Shown here: positions 43,801 through 58,700 of the stretch, in pieces
Layout of the letters: each line of letters starts with the position of its first letter
Numbering within the stretch: the stretch's first letter is position 1
Origin: Trichoplax sp. H2
Taxonomy: Eukaryota
Length of the DNA stretch: 64,000 nt
Reading direction: 5' to 3'
Assembly (NCBI GenBank): GCA_003344405.1
Contig: NOWV01000002.1
Location: 868,001-932,000, forward strand
Program-made: the position numbers and the translations under genes
Notes under the pieces: model-generated
What the model was told of the DNA's origin: nothing
The model's input: only the letters and a program-made list of their open reading frames with translations
Databases searched by the model: none

Positions 43801-46800
43801 CAACACCTTTTGGACCAGGATTACCTTTATCACCCTTAGTACCTTTAGTTCCATCAATACCCTCTCTACCATGTAACCCTATCCATTTTATAAAGAGTTC
43901 ATTTAACATGATTAAATATATAATCAATAATCCGGTTAATAGTGATATAATATTTATACATTATTTATTGATTAAGTTGAGGAGATATGCTGCATATGGT
44001 TATATGGAATAATATAGTCATTACCAGGCTCTCCTTTAGAACCAGCTTCGCCTTTGGGTCCTGGATCACCTGCAAAGCCTTGTTCACCTCTGTCTCCTTT
44101 CTGGCCTTTATTACCTTTAAAACCTTGGTTTCCTTTATTTCCTTTCGGTCCAGGTTGTTCTCCTTTGTCACCTTTATTACCTTTGATGCCAGTATTTCCG
44201 GGTTCTCCTTTAGGCCCTTGCAATGATTGCCCTATATCGCCTTTATCTCCTTTCGCTCCTTGATCACCCGTTTGACCAACAACTACCGATGAATTTCCTG
44301 GTGGTCCAATAGGCCCTTTTTCTCCCTTAGTTCCTGCTATGCCAGGCTCTCCCTTAGCTCCAGTATTTCCAGTTTGTCCTTGATCGCCTTTACTACCTTT
44401 CGTTCCCTTCTCTCCTTTAATACCGGATATACCTTTTTCGCCCTTGATACCTTTTTCTCCTTTATTCTGTGCTGTTGATACGATAGGTTCACCTAAAAGG
44501 GAAAAATTGATAGTTCATATTCATTTTAATTGATGTTGCGAGAACGAACATCTAGCTGAATTAAAATCGAGACGTTAATCCATCTAGATATGGACAAATT
44601 AATCATTTTCTACCTTTTTGGCCTTTTTCTCCCAATGTTCCAGTTATACCTTGAATACCTGTATCACCTTTATCACCAGTTGGTCCAAAACCATCGGTAC
44701 CATTAACACCTGCTGCACCTTTGCTACCCGTAGGACCAATATTTCCTTTTTGTCCTTTTTCTCCAGTTAAGCCTATGTCACCTTTAAATCCCTAGTAAAA
44801 GTTTAAGTCGAAGATAGATACGGTATTCCAAATGATAACATCCTAGTTTACATTAGCTCAGGCTAGCTTTAACGAATAGGAATAGGTATTATTTAGGCAG
44901 ATACCTGTTGACCTTTTTCACCCTTACTACCAGTTGTGCCTGTATCTCCTTTAGTTCCGTCAGGTCCAATTGATCCTTTATCTCCAGTAATGCCAGTATC
45001 TCCTTTCTGTCCAGGTAAACCTTTTTGACCTTTTTGACCTTTAACTGATTCACCTTTATCACCTTTTGCTCCATCTTGTCCAGGATCACCTTTGTTACCT
45101 TTCAAACCCTACAGGGTGATTAATGTTATACTGAATTCGCACATTATGCCTGGTTTCGTAGAATGGAAATGAATTAACTCTTACTGGATCTCCTTTTGGT
45201 CCACGTTGTCCTATCTCTCCTTTATCTCCCTTGCTGCCATTTACTCCAGCTGCTCCTAGAGTTCCATTTAAACCTGGTGGGCCGATATCTCCAGTTGTGC
45301 CTAAGCTACCTTTTTCTCCTTTCTCAGGGATTGGGCAGGCCATGCAAGCATCTCCTTTTTGCCCAATTAATCCTGGTAGACCAGGTACACCTTTGGGGCC
45401 TGTTGCTCCAGGGTCACCAGCTCTACCTGGAGGTCCTGATATTCCAGGAGGGCCTTGTACAACCGTTGAATTACTTCCGCCACTTATTCCAGGTAAACCT
45501 ATCCATACATATATATTTAAGTAATTAAGATACATAAATCAATTGACGATATTACTGCTATTTATTTTTACGTACATTATGGAATTCTAGTTTGCACTGC
45601 GGCGTTAGAGCTGATTATATCATATGATACGATATTAGTAGCTTTTACCTTGAAGCCCACGGCTTCCCTTTTCACCAGTTGCTCCAGAATCTCCTTGAGG
45701 ACCCTGATCACCTTGAGGCCCTTGTATTGAAGCTCCAACTGGTCCAGTATTTCCTTTCTCCCCGGAAGGACCTGACTCACCTTTTTGCCCAACCTGTCCA
45801 TTGCTACCGTCCATTCCTAATCATCATGTATTTTACAGCATGAACATATCTATCTCTTTCTATATACATATATATATAATGATCGGATATGAAGGTATTT
45901 TTGCTATTTAATACGCTACTTTGCAGCTTAGCTATAATGTATCAGGTTTACAAACCACTTAGACATTAAAAATTATTTAAAAATGCAATCACGGAAGATG
46001 CTAAATTTTCGCAAGTAATGCATGGATATACGCACCTGATTGACCAGGTTCTCCTTTCGTTCCTTTAGGTCCAATAGGGCCAGATGCTCCAGATGCACCT
46101 TTAGATCCAGTAGGACCTCGCTGTCCTGGCAATCCACGAGGTCCAACATTACCTTTTGGACCTATAGCGCCTGGATCTCCAGGAGGACCAAAACCTTGTC
46201 CAGGGCCTGGAGGTCCCTGAATATGACAGAGAATAACAATTTGATACCATGAAGTTGATGAAGTATATAATAAATTTAACTACTATGAATTTGAGTGCTT
46301 AATTACGACGCAAATACGCGTACTTGCAGATCATATTAATTAATTAAATCATTAATACATTTGTATAGTATCCTTACCGGCAATCCTATTGGGCCAGTAT
46401 TACCTTTTGTTCCTATTGGACCTCGTGAACCCTAATAATAAAGATCCGATACTCTAATTAAAGCGCTTGATTGAGTAGAGCACAATCGAGCTACTGCAGG
46501 TAAGGAATACTTACATCACGACCATAAGGCCCTTCTTCTCCAATACTACCAATGCTTCCAATGTCACCCTAGGCGGTTAATTTGAAATCATTGACAGGAT
46601 GGTATTCGTTATTAAAAATTAAGCAGCTCATTTTTAAGAATCCGTAGAAATTGCATTATCCAGTAAATACCTTAATGCCTTGAATACCAGTATCACCTCG
46701 AGATCCTTTCTCTCCCTATCGATATCACATAACAGATAATCATAACATGTCTTGTAATCATTAGTTTTAAATCGTTAGAGCTTGGGTATTATAACAGTTG

Positions 46801-49102
46801 CTGCAATTAGCTATAGAAACGACGGATAGCTAGTTGTAGAGTAAATAATTTACCTTAGGTCCAGTTAATCCTTGCAAGCCTTGCGGTCCTGCAGAACCTT
46901 GATTACCTGCTATACCCTAAAGCAGTACACAAGATTGAAAACACGCATACAAGATGGTTAATAATGACATATTAGCTGTCATTGTGGGCGAAATAGAGTA
47001 AGCAAGTCTTAAAAATTCATGGATACTATCGTAATTCATATCAATACAAAATGGGCGTATTTTTTCTATACGGCATTACTTGAGGTCCTTCCGGGCCGAT
47101 TTGTCCTTTTTGTCCTTTATTACCTTTAATTCCCTACAACATAGAAAACTGTAAATATGAATAGACTGACAGTAGAAATCTTTAATCCCTTTGAAGGAGA
47201 TTAAATGGCTTTATTTGCCAGTTATCATCGCAGTTGGATAAATCAAAAAACGCCTAAATTATCTAAAATTATTGAAGCATTGATTATGATAGCTAGTCTT
47301 ATTATTTACCGGCTCTCCTTTTTCACCTTCTATAGGCTGTATTTATACGTATAAATAGCAGTGGAAGAACGAGTGCTCAGTAATAATCAGTTAGACGTAA
47401 GTAATAAAGAGAACAAGAAAATTATTAATACCACAGTAACGTTGGTTGAGTTATCAACAGTAGCTGCTGCTACACTGGCCCTAGGTACCACACTTAACAT
47501 TTGATAAACCTCACCAGGTGGTCCAGGCGGTCCTCTTTCACCCTATTATTTTTTAACGAGAAGGATTGCGGTAAAGATTGCAGCATGTACATTGTGCGTA
47601 TAGCAAATCCTAAAATTCTTCAAGTTAAGTATATTGTATATGTAACACTCGAAAAGCCTATCATCACTTAGTTATAGATATGACCTTTTCGCCCTTTTGC
47701 ATAGGGATTACTGTGGGTGATTCTAAGTTTGTTCGTAGCTGAATAGTATTCCCATAGCCGATATAGGATAGAATTATTGCAAAGATGAACATCATATTGA
47801 TTAGTTACATGATCGTAAAGCAATCATTCGATAAAATAAATATTTGAAATCAGCTAATAAGCGTTTGTATACGCAGGTAATATCGACTAGTATAAAGCAG
47901 GGATAAATATTAGAATGATTAGCTTTATGATTATTAAGTTTAGCGAAGCACATACGCACAGGGAGTAAGTAGATCTAACTCTACTGACGATGTAAGATAG
48001 ATACAAAAGCAGAAACTTATACGATAATGATTAGCAGTATGATCACTAACTAAGCAACCGATAAAACAAATACACAAGATAAACTGCTATATATAGAATC
48101 AATGCAAGATAGAATGAAGCAAAATGAAGATTATAATTTAATAAGAAAATTGGATATACGGTGATAAATAGTTTAAAAGTGGATAAGATAGAACTATACT
48201 GTATATGCTAAAACTGTCATCTACTGATAGATCTTGCTAAATAGCAATAAAATTTATAGGTAGATGCTAAGCCTAGCAGTTATCGGCGATGAATTATTTT
48301 CTGTATGTACTAGATCGCACAGTATACTTATTGAGTTAAAAAACTGAAGAAAATGAATAAAGATAGGATTACGTGCTATATTAGTTCGATCATTGATTAA
48401 TTGCTAAGTTAAAGGTTACATTTAAGAGCAGATGTTAAACCTTACGACTATTAAACGATAATTTTATACAATAAGTGTTAGAAATCAGTTGCTTAAAAGA
48501 AATTGATCGCTGAAAAAGACAATTGCTATCGATATCGAATAACTTCTGTAAGTAATGATTATGTAGAGCATTTTGTATTTGAGATAGAAATTAAAGAAAA
48601 ATAAACGTGCATGTGCTATATATTAAGATAGTTCATAACTCATAGATTAATACATTATTTTAAATTTCAAAGCAGCTGCTAATCCTGATATCTGTCGAAT
48701 GTTATTTATAGCAATAAGATGATGAACGTAGCTTAATATTTATTACTACAAATTAATAAAATAGAACATATTAAGATACTATAGAAGATAGAATAGATGA
48801 AAATTTAAGCCAATTATATTTGCCTATATATCACACTGAATGTTCAATGTACCTCTTGTGTTTCTGCATTTCTTACATAGGCAATAAATACAATAAAAAT
48901 GACTATTTGCCTAAAATGGAAGGAAATAACGAGATAATTACTCTTTTATAGTCTCAATTTGAGATATATGAGCATGATAAGCATGGCTGATGAAGAATAA
49001 AGTTTACATTATTAGCAATTAGGGCCAAGAGGGGACTATTGACCCTTGACTATTTTACTATGATAAAATTTCAAAATTATATTAAATTACTTACTTCAAC
49101 AT
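37807..49102 (-). CDS. Type IV collagen, alpha1-like chain (~29 exons, roughly 1600 aa)
   Basis: Signal peptide [21 protein letters not shown], then many Gly-X-Y exons with interruptions. The NC1 domain is complete ([11 protein letters not shown]...GYSLL...GQDLG..SSCL...[11 protein letters not shown]...ISRCIVC). CNSRGTC spacing is alpha1-type. Stop at 37807-37809. Confidence 0.95.
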
Positions 49103-52100
49103 CCCTTGAGTTGAAAAAAGGGAGTTAGTCCGATTGGAATAATTTTACTTCAAACGATAACCTCAGAAAACCTTAAATGGAGGTAAGAATTATTATTATA
49201 GTAATTTAGCAAATCTATCCACTATTACTAGTCTATGATCGTGCAAGGGATGGCCAACAACTTTAGTCATAAAGTACAATAATTGAATAAATAATTTATA
49301 TACATATATATGCAAATAGATACATCTTTGGATAGATTACGTGCCTCAGTATCGATTAACTTCAAATTTTTGTATTTGCCCTTATGATAATTAGCACAAG
49401 ATTAGTCTGTCGATCGATGATGTCTATATAACATCTCATTCCAAAGTTAGGACATACAATCGCAGTAGTTAGTTAGAAAGTGTCGGCGAAGATATTATCA
49501 TTAAGATAAATTGAGTGCGAAGGGCGAAGAATGCTGGTCATGATCGTTAAAATGGCATCCAACAGTGTATCTCATGCTGACATCGCTAGCTAAGAATGCT
49601 GTTTTCTATCTATCTATCAATAATATGCATATAGATCAATGAAATTATCAGTAGCAAACCCAGATACATATTATGGTTATGTCAAGGTGATTTTATTAAC
49701 ACCAAATCGACTTTAAAAATCCATATTAATACTGTATTATTGCAGAATTCATTTGACTTATTCCAGGTATTAATTTTTTGTATATTACTGATACAATGGC
49801 TTATTCCATTCGATTGATAGTTTACAATATTAATGAGCATTCTCTTAATGTTTATATTTTTTAGGCTACAGGTACAATGAGTGACTTCTTTACTTGAGTT
49901 GTTGCATAATTTATAGCGGAAATAAATATAATTATCGAGCTGCTGCCGAATGGTGGAACAGCTGAGGTTGAAATAGGAATACTGAAATGATTATTTTGAA
50001 GATAGAAATTTTGTTGATATTTTTCTTCTCTATTTGAACTACAAATTGTCTAATGGAATGGATTTCCATAGCTAAAGTTACTACTTAATTAAGATCAGCA
50101 AGATCATTAGCATCATCCGAGAACATAAAGATTTATTCTCAATGATTTAAGATAGAATAGAGGGTAGGAAACGAGAAATTTACTACCGTTATAAGTGAAG
50201 AAACGTTTCTAATTAAAAAACGATTAACAAATATAGGCTATAATAGTCAAGTAGTTAGAATTTTATATGGATTAGATGTATAAAACCCTTCTGAAAGTTA
50301 TATAAGAGCTTTGTACTCAAATCGTGATGCATAAACCAATTGTGGCGATTGATCAGTATCACACATTCTTGTTTTAAATTATGTGAGTATTGAACGATTT
50401 TATTGCAGGATTAGCAAAGGGAAAAGAACGAGATGAAATTCTCTAGTTTATGCTATCATATAATGTAATTAATACACAATTAAAATAATTGGGCAATTCT
50501 ACTAGATTAAATTTCGCATTAATAACTAATTTAGTATCGTAATTAGCCATAAAATGAAGGCAAGTAAGGTACTATTAAAAATTGTTTAAAGCCATTTAGG
50601 AGCATGCGAACGTAATAATAAGAGAGAAAATGGTAAGAAAGATAGGAAAAACCGTATCGATTTATGCATTAAGTTTATTATCCAGCTTAATGAATGCGTT
50701 ATGCACTTAGGTAAAAGATATAATTCAGAGAATTGGAGTCTAATATTTAAGAGGTTAATTTATAATTTACTAAAGAACAAATGTGCAGGGCAAGTATGCG
50801 TAAGTTGTAAATCTTTTGGCTCTGCAAAGATTATGTCAAGCCTTATTAGTGAATATGCCTAGGCAGAAAGAGTGGTAATGAACTTAACTCAAAAAATAAC
50901 GAAACTCGATCGCTAATATCTTAGCAAAGATTGTGTAAACTCTTCAATGGCATATCAAGGATGGAAAGCTAATAGGCTAAATGTAAAGACATTTTGATGA
51001 TTCATCAGAGATAGAAAGTTAACAAATTTATGTCATTAAATTAATATAGAGATCGACCAAATTGTTTGGTGGCATTCCAAGGAATTGAAGCTAACAGATT
51101 TAGTCCAACAAGGAATACTTTCATTAATATTAACACAGAAATTGTATCTATCCGTTTTAGTAGCATAATAAAAGCAAGTTATTGGGATAAAATAATAGTA
51201 GACTTGATCAGGAGTAACAATATCAACTTTTAGTATCAACACAGAGATTGTATGAAGCCATTTTGATATCATATTAGGATAAATTGCAGATGAGTGAAGT
51301 AAAAAAACAACTTCGATTGCATGCTTAGAATAGAAAATTAGTTGCCTTAATTGAAGGATACTATGTTTTCATAGACACAAAGATTGCATTAAGCTCTTTA
51401 AAATGATATATTAAGGGTAGAAAACTAAAAAAATAGCACTTAATTAAAAGTTACTCTAATACAAGGCTTGCTATAAAGTAAGAGATGAAATAAAAGTAGA
51501 TAGTTGCACGAGAATCGCACAACCAAAAATCTGCACAATAAGATGCCTATGGATTCCGTGAACTAGCATAATACCGTATCCATTTTAAGTAGTAGTCAGA
51601 TAGTATACTATCTTAAGTTATTAATTGTAAGGAAATCAGGAAAGGAGGTGAGAAAAATGTCTATTTCCTGCTTAAATAATCAGTAGATCCTGTAGGGGGT
51701 ATCATTAAAAATGACCATGTGCGTCAATGAAAAGATCAGGCCGACATATTTTAAATCATTGCAATTGTAATAATAATCACCATCAAGTATTTAACAAATG
51801 AACTAATTAGATATCAAGGTCTATGATTGACTAGTAATCAACATACGCTATTGCATACTGCTGTGTCGAAATGGACTTTCTAACTCTTCTATTTGTTTAC
51901 TTTGATAGCATGTCGTTGAAAGCACGCATTCAATAACAAGATAATTAGATGGATGACCTACAGCTATGACTTGAATAATTAGATCTACTGCTATGAACTT
52001 AATCTAGCTCTATTGCTATATCTGATGGATCGAATCGATCAGGTGTTACTATAACCGATGCAAGATACAACTGCCTAATAAACTTAACACGAACTCATCC

Positions 52101-52194
52101 TATTGGGCTGTCCAAACCAACAGAGTAAATCAGTGAGGTTATTGACATTATTTGTCGTGATTGATATCCTCGCCAAGTATAGGCCACAATATTA

Positions 52195-52467
52195 GGGGCG
52201 TGGTGAATTCTCTCTACTCTAATGATTGAAACTCTTCAGCTATAGTCTCTTATTAAATCTTTCAATATTCAAGGCATTTACTTTAAATTTGGCTCAAACT
52301 CCACATCAGTAGCTGACTAAAACTCCGAACAATTGGCCCTTGATGTTTTTATGAACTTTTACTACAGTATTGAGTTATTTGTAGGAAATTTCTAGTACAA
52401 ACCATAAGTCACTAGTACATGTACGGCCGGTTCAACCAGTAGATACTAGAAGCCACGCCGTATATAG
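52195..52467 (+). promoter_or_regulatory. Candidate promoter of the + strand collagen IV gene
   Basis: GC boxes GGGGCGTGG (52195-52203) and GCCACGCC (~52452-52459), followed by TATATAG (52461-52467), ~270 bp before the ATG. These motifs stand out in AT-rich surroundings. Confidence 0.35.
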
Positions 52468-52735
52468 TAGTGGTCTGTGCCAAGAGCTAATAAAGAAATA
52501 TTGACTATTACAACTTTTAGTGATAGTTGAATACTGTTTAAATCGATTGGGTACTACCATCGTTCCGACTTCTATCACCTTGTTATAGAAAAGAGAAAAC
52601 AGCTGAAAACTAAATCATTCTAAACTGGTATATTGGACAGCTTGGAAGATTGATTTCAACTAAGATAATTTGGAATTTATCTGGGATTGATCGCCTAATG
52701 CAATACACGTAATGTAATATAACCTTTTCCGTATC

Positions 52736-55700
52736 ATGATGAGAAAAGCCAAGATATTCATTATTGCAGCATTACTATGGTTATGCTTACTCCATTTGAA
52801 AGCTCATGCCAATATTAGCCCGGTATTGTTACTAGTTACTATTTTCAAAGCATTACAATTGAATTTTATTTACATAGGATCAATTTTAGTCTATAATTGA
52901 GGAGTTTTTCTCATGAACGATAATTAATAGCAATTATAATCTCGGCCGGACTGCTTTAAAAGTATTGTAAAGTAGTGATTTTAATTTAAATGGATTCTAT
53001 TATTACGGTTATAAGAGTAGTTTTTAGTTATCTGCTTTGATATAATTCTATAAGTATTATTGCAATTCTATGCTAATGACTACTGTAAATCTATTTTGAG
53101 ATCAAAGTATTATGTACCTATATAAGCGATGATCATAATCGACTCCAGAGAATCATAAAATTATCGCCAATTAATGACTTTAGCTTAATCTACGATGAAT
53201 TTACTACACAGCAAATTATCTAGATTAACAGCGATAGTGCCTAAAATCACGTTTATGGTCATTGTAAAAGCATTCTTATACATCCATGCTAACAATCACC
53301 GTAAGCTACCTTGAAATGATCATAGAAAGTATCATGACCTATCCACGCTAATAACCACTATAATCTACTTCTGGATCATGAAAGTATCATGATATGTATT
53401 TGTCTACATTATCCATCGCTGTTCTCTCTTTCTAGATGATGACAAAAATCAAGTCTAAATTAGATCATAAAAGTATCATAGTACGCGTTCGTCCATATTA
53501 TCGATCGTCATTGTCTGTTTCTAGATGACGATCAAATCAAGTCTAAGTTAGCGATTAGTAAAAGCTACTTCACGATATTTTTAAAGTATCTCTAAACTGA
53601 CGATCAGCGTAACCTCAATAAGTTCTACACATTATCATTCTACAGCTACATTAACGACAATTCTGATCTAGCTAGAGATTTTTATAAAATTATTCTTACA
53701 TATCTCCTATAATGACTACCGTGCTGGAATCGATTTTGACTAGCTTCTACTTCGAAACTATCATCAAAATATCATTTTATGTATAAGTGAGATAGTTCAT
53801 TTAACCTTAACTAATCCTATTTATAAGAAAAATCGTTACTTAGTGGTCTAGTCTCCACGCTAGCCGTTTTAATACATCTTTGTCTGATGAGGGTAAAATG
53901 ATTAACAAATAAAACTGTAGAATATGAGGCGATTGCTTTCAATTGGATCTACAATAAATTAGCTATACAAGTAGATTTATGTTGATATCGATGTAGTTAT
54001 AATGTATCTATGTAATGGCTTTGGCATAATTTTAATAGCCTTATACATTCAGGAACAATTTTACTTATAATCAATAATTACCTAAATCGGTACGAAATGT
54101 TAATCATTTTACACCTGTCAAAATTTAAATGTAAGGTCTCTTTCTGGTTTTAAGGTCAAAAGTATCTTACATTCAAGAACTTATTTTACCTATAGTTATC
54201 ATATGAAATAACTATAATCGTTTTGTAGCTATAAAATCTTCGTTAGAAAGTATTCTCTCTGGTTACCAAGTCTACAGTATTATTAAGCTAAGAATTCTTT
54301 CCTAAGGGTTAATTATGATGCAAATGGACTCAAGATCGCAATATTTTGTAACCATGTAGTATTCGTCAGAAGGCACTTGATCTAGCTACGAGATTTACAG
54401 TATCTTGTACTTGATATTGTGGTCATATCGTAGTCATTCAAGCGACCATTAACTATGATCCAAATACAAGTAAAAATTTAATCCATTCATGACAGTATAA
54501 GATCTGCTTGCCGATGAGAAACTGAAATTATTACTAGTGTATTAGCTGATAGCTTTCTAACATGGCTTAAATTTCTTTTTACTACCGTGTGTGCTATCTC
54601 AATCTCGTCAAAATAAAGAAGGATCTAGAGAAAGCTAAGATAGAGGTAAGATAAGCATCCATTTTCAGTCTGAGTGACATAATTTTATCCAGACGTATGA
54701 TAGATGTAATTAGATTGATCTTTATGGCAATAGCATGGTATTTATAATTATCATTTTATTGTTTTACCCATAGTCAAGAGGAGATACCGGAGAATCTGGC
54801 CTTGCCGGAATGCGAATAACAACAACTAAAGTTTTGATATATCCGGATGATTTTGGCCGTAATGGAATGTTTGTAAGTCATCCCACTAATTAATTATGAT
54901 ATAATGTTCAAATTTCCTCAGTTATAGATTTTGTTCTTGAATGTCTGTCTGGCTACTTGGCCATATTGTAAATTATCATACTATATTAAAACCGAATAGC
55001 AATCGTAATAAGTATCTACTTGGAAATTCTGTATATCTGTAAGGTTTTTTAGCAGTAAGTTTTTGCTATTCCATGTTAGTTGACTTCTTTAAGTACATCA
55101 TAAATTCCCATATTTTATTTAGAACTTAAATTTGCAGTACAATAAGTAATACACGCTCCATTGAAGTTTTGGATATCGTCGAGATTTCTAGTTGTAGACT
55201 TTCTCTGTTCAATGTCTAGCTGAGTTCTCACTACCGTACCTAATAAACTCTCATATTTCGCTCATTACAACAGACTTGAGGAGTGACAATACTAAATGCG
55301 GCTTAAAACTACTGTATGTCTACGTCAGTGCGTTTCCATATGATTACAGCTTGCACCCATTGAAGTATCTAGGCAATTTAGCTCATCGTAATTTCTCATA
55401 CTCCACTTAAGATCGCAAATGCAAGGAATAGTTGCAACAAATATTCGCTTAAAAATTACTCTTTTCATATAGCACTAATTAAAATTTATTAAACTTCTCT
55501 TTTTCTCTTTCAGAGAACATTATTTATAGGTGAGAAAGGAGAAAAGGTAAATCTTGAAAAGTAGACCTCGTCCTTTATTCTATCTAGTAATATTTACTTA
55601 CTATTTTTAATAAATATTTAAAATAGGGTATGCCTGGAGACAAAGGACAAGCTGGAGATGCTGGACCGCCTGGATTAAAAGTAGAAAATCTACTTATCAA

Positions 55701-58700
55701 TCTATTATAAAAGCTAGATAATAAAATCTTTTTATTTGATCGTGTTAATCCATTCACAATTTAAAATATCTGCATATAATCGTATTCTACTTTAGGGTAA
55801 CACGGGCATAAGAGGTCCAATTGGGCCAACCGGACCTGACGGATCATCAGGATTGAAGGTATGCTAATCTTTGAGGATAGTTATAACCATTGATTCTATC
55901 CTTTGCCCATGGAAGATTGACCATGTCATTATAAAATGGGATAATGACTTAATCTATAACCAATTGATAAAATGATGAAATTTTAATATCGAGAAGGCAA
56001 TAATGATAGAAATTATTTACTAATTTAGGGACAAAATGGAAGCGTTGGAGCTCAAGGAATGAAAGGACCGATGGTAAGGGTTTTAAATATTCAATCTTGA
56101 TATTATATATGTTAAAATTTAGGCGTATATCTAGCTGAAATATACTTTATTAGGGTGATCAAGGAGTAAAAGGAGCAAGGGGTCCAGCTGGTATAGATGG
56201 TCTAGAGGCAAGACTATTTTACAGTCATGATAGTAATTTAATGACTTCATTTAATAAATCAAAATTTATTGAAAATTTAGGGTATAGAAGGAGCACAAGG
56301 CTATCCAGGAGAACGTGGACTGCCAGGCTTAACGGGGCCTCCGGGAAATACTACCGGTGTAAGCAAATTCTGCAATCACCATCCTAATTCTTGTTCATCA
56401 ATACAAAGATATGACCATCCAGCTTACGCGCATAGATTAGCACCGCGTACCGCACTAATTTTTAATAATCATTAGGGCAATAACAGTAAAGGATTAAAGG
56501 GCGTAACTGGTGGCCAAGGGCCTTCCGGTGATCGTGGACAACCAGGTTCTCTCGGTAGCCCAGGTCTATCTGGATTATTGGGAAGAAATGGAACAGTAGG
56601 AATTCGAGGTCCAACTGGAGATCAAGGAGTCTCTGGGCAGCCAGGTTGGAACTCATTTTTCGTTATGACTTCAAATGATTTATGTACTGCATTAGCATCT
56701 AAAATTAATGCACTTTAATAGCTTTAATATTTCAGAAAGTATACTATTATAGCTCCAATTCTGATCAAAAGTTCTATATCAATAACTTTTATGAAAACTT
56801 ACCTGTGTTCGTGCTACTAAAATCTTTATATTTATCAATACGCTGATGGTGTCGTTATCCTTCTAGGAACTCCAGGCTCATCTGGTCAGAAGGGTCAACA
56901 AGGTGTAAAAGGAGAAAAAGGTTTAACAGGGGATCGCGGTCCATCTGGACAAGTTATCGCCGGTATAGCTGGACTTAAAGGTCTTCCAGGTTTAAAAGGA
57001 TCAAAAGGTCAGAGTGGAGACATTGGAGAACCAGGAACACCAGGTAATTTATACCTACGATTCCATGGATTACTTGCTATATCATCTCAAGCATATGATA
57101 TACCATTAGATAGGAATGAAGTGATTGAAAACAATTATTTTCCTAATTCTTTTTATGTCAATAATAATTTAGCGCCAGAAATTGCTGCTAAGCTTACTGC
57201 AGAAACACAAGGTGTTGCAGGAGACCCTGGAGTAAAAGGAATAAAAGGCTATCAAGGAAATCGTGGACCACAAGGAGATCGTGGATCCAATGGAACTAAA
57301 GGTTTATTGTAAATGATTAACGATTCCTTTACTGTCTGTCTTCAGCAAGAAATGAAAAATTTTTATTAATTAACTGAAATATCGTTTACAGGTGAAAGTG
57401 GTGGCCAGTGCCTATCATGTCCGAAAGGTCAAAAAGGTCAGGTAGGACAAAAAGGTAATCGAGGACCAATCGGTAAAACTGGACTATCCTTGGCGGGTCC
57501 CCTTGGTGCTAATGGCGATGTTGGAGATCGTGGAGATCAGGGCAGTCCAGGCCAACCTGGAGAATTTGTAAGATCAATAGAATAGATAGGTTATTACTTC
57601 CATTAATTAATGCAACTATTTAAATCTACTTGTAATCCATCATGCACGTCTAGCGTTTACAGTTTAACAAAATTTTATTAGCGCTAACATTAGGTAATGT
57701 GTTCTACGCTGCTTTACAATTACAGGGAGTCATTGGTGATTTAGGAGAAGTTGGAATTAAAGGCAGTAAAGGAGACTTGCCTGTTAATATAACCAAAGGA
57801 GATACAGGAGATCAATCTAATATCAAAGGTGTTTCTGGGGATAAAGGACAAACTGGTGTTATCGGTGATAAAGGACAAAAAGGGGTAACAGGTGATTTGG
57901 GCTCTAAAGGTATCCAGGGTAATGTTGGTGATAAGGTTAGTAAAGCTTTTCAAAATGGTTTGAAGATTCTTACTCCCTGGTTACTTATCTGTACATTTCC
58001 TGATTCAATAGGGAATTAGAGGAGATACCGGGTTAAGAGGGCCTACAGAAATCGGCGATATTGGTCAAAAAGGTGAAAAAGGAACACCAGGCATTCCCGG
58101 GTTAGCATTTAAAGGATTGAAAGGGAGCCAGGGTGATCAAGGGCTGAAAGGCGTAAAAGGAACTAAAGGTAATTTATGCGGTGATAGACTATTTTGCCAT
58201 TGTGACTTTTAATTTGTAAACTATTCAAGGTGTGAGCAACCCACGATGTATAGATAGTATATAGAATAGAGGAATATAATTATGCAATTAATTCTAATCT
58301 AGGCCTAAAGGGAAACAGGGCCAATGGGACAATCGGAGCTCGAGGTGATCCTGGTGATCCAGGAGATCTGGGTAATCAAGGCCAGATTGGATTGACAGGA
58401 GATCTTGGTGATGTGGGTGATGTTGGCATTAATGGCTCAAAAGGCCAAGTTGGTGATAAAGGAATATCGAATTTTACTGGTGATATCGGAGAAAGAGGAA
58501 CAGATGCTATGCCACAAGGTCAGTTGGGATATATCGCCATAAATTTTAATTGATGTTAGGGCTTGATATTATGCGTTACATATTAAATAGGAAATTTAAC
58601 CAACTAAAATTATTTTATACCATATTCAGATCCATCTACTGCTCCTAGTGGGCTTAATGGCACTAAAGGTGATAAAGGACAAACTGGAGAGCCTGCTACT

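Noticed and set aside
49170..49190. Plus-strand donor gag|gtaaga near the minus collagen start, as a 5'UTR exon of the + collagen
   Set aside because: It is a single short motif that would overlap the other gene's 5' end, and cannot be supported without transcript data.
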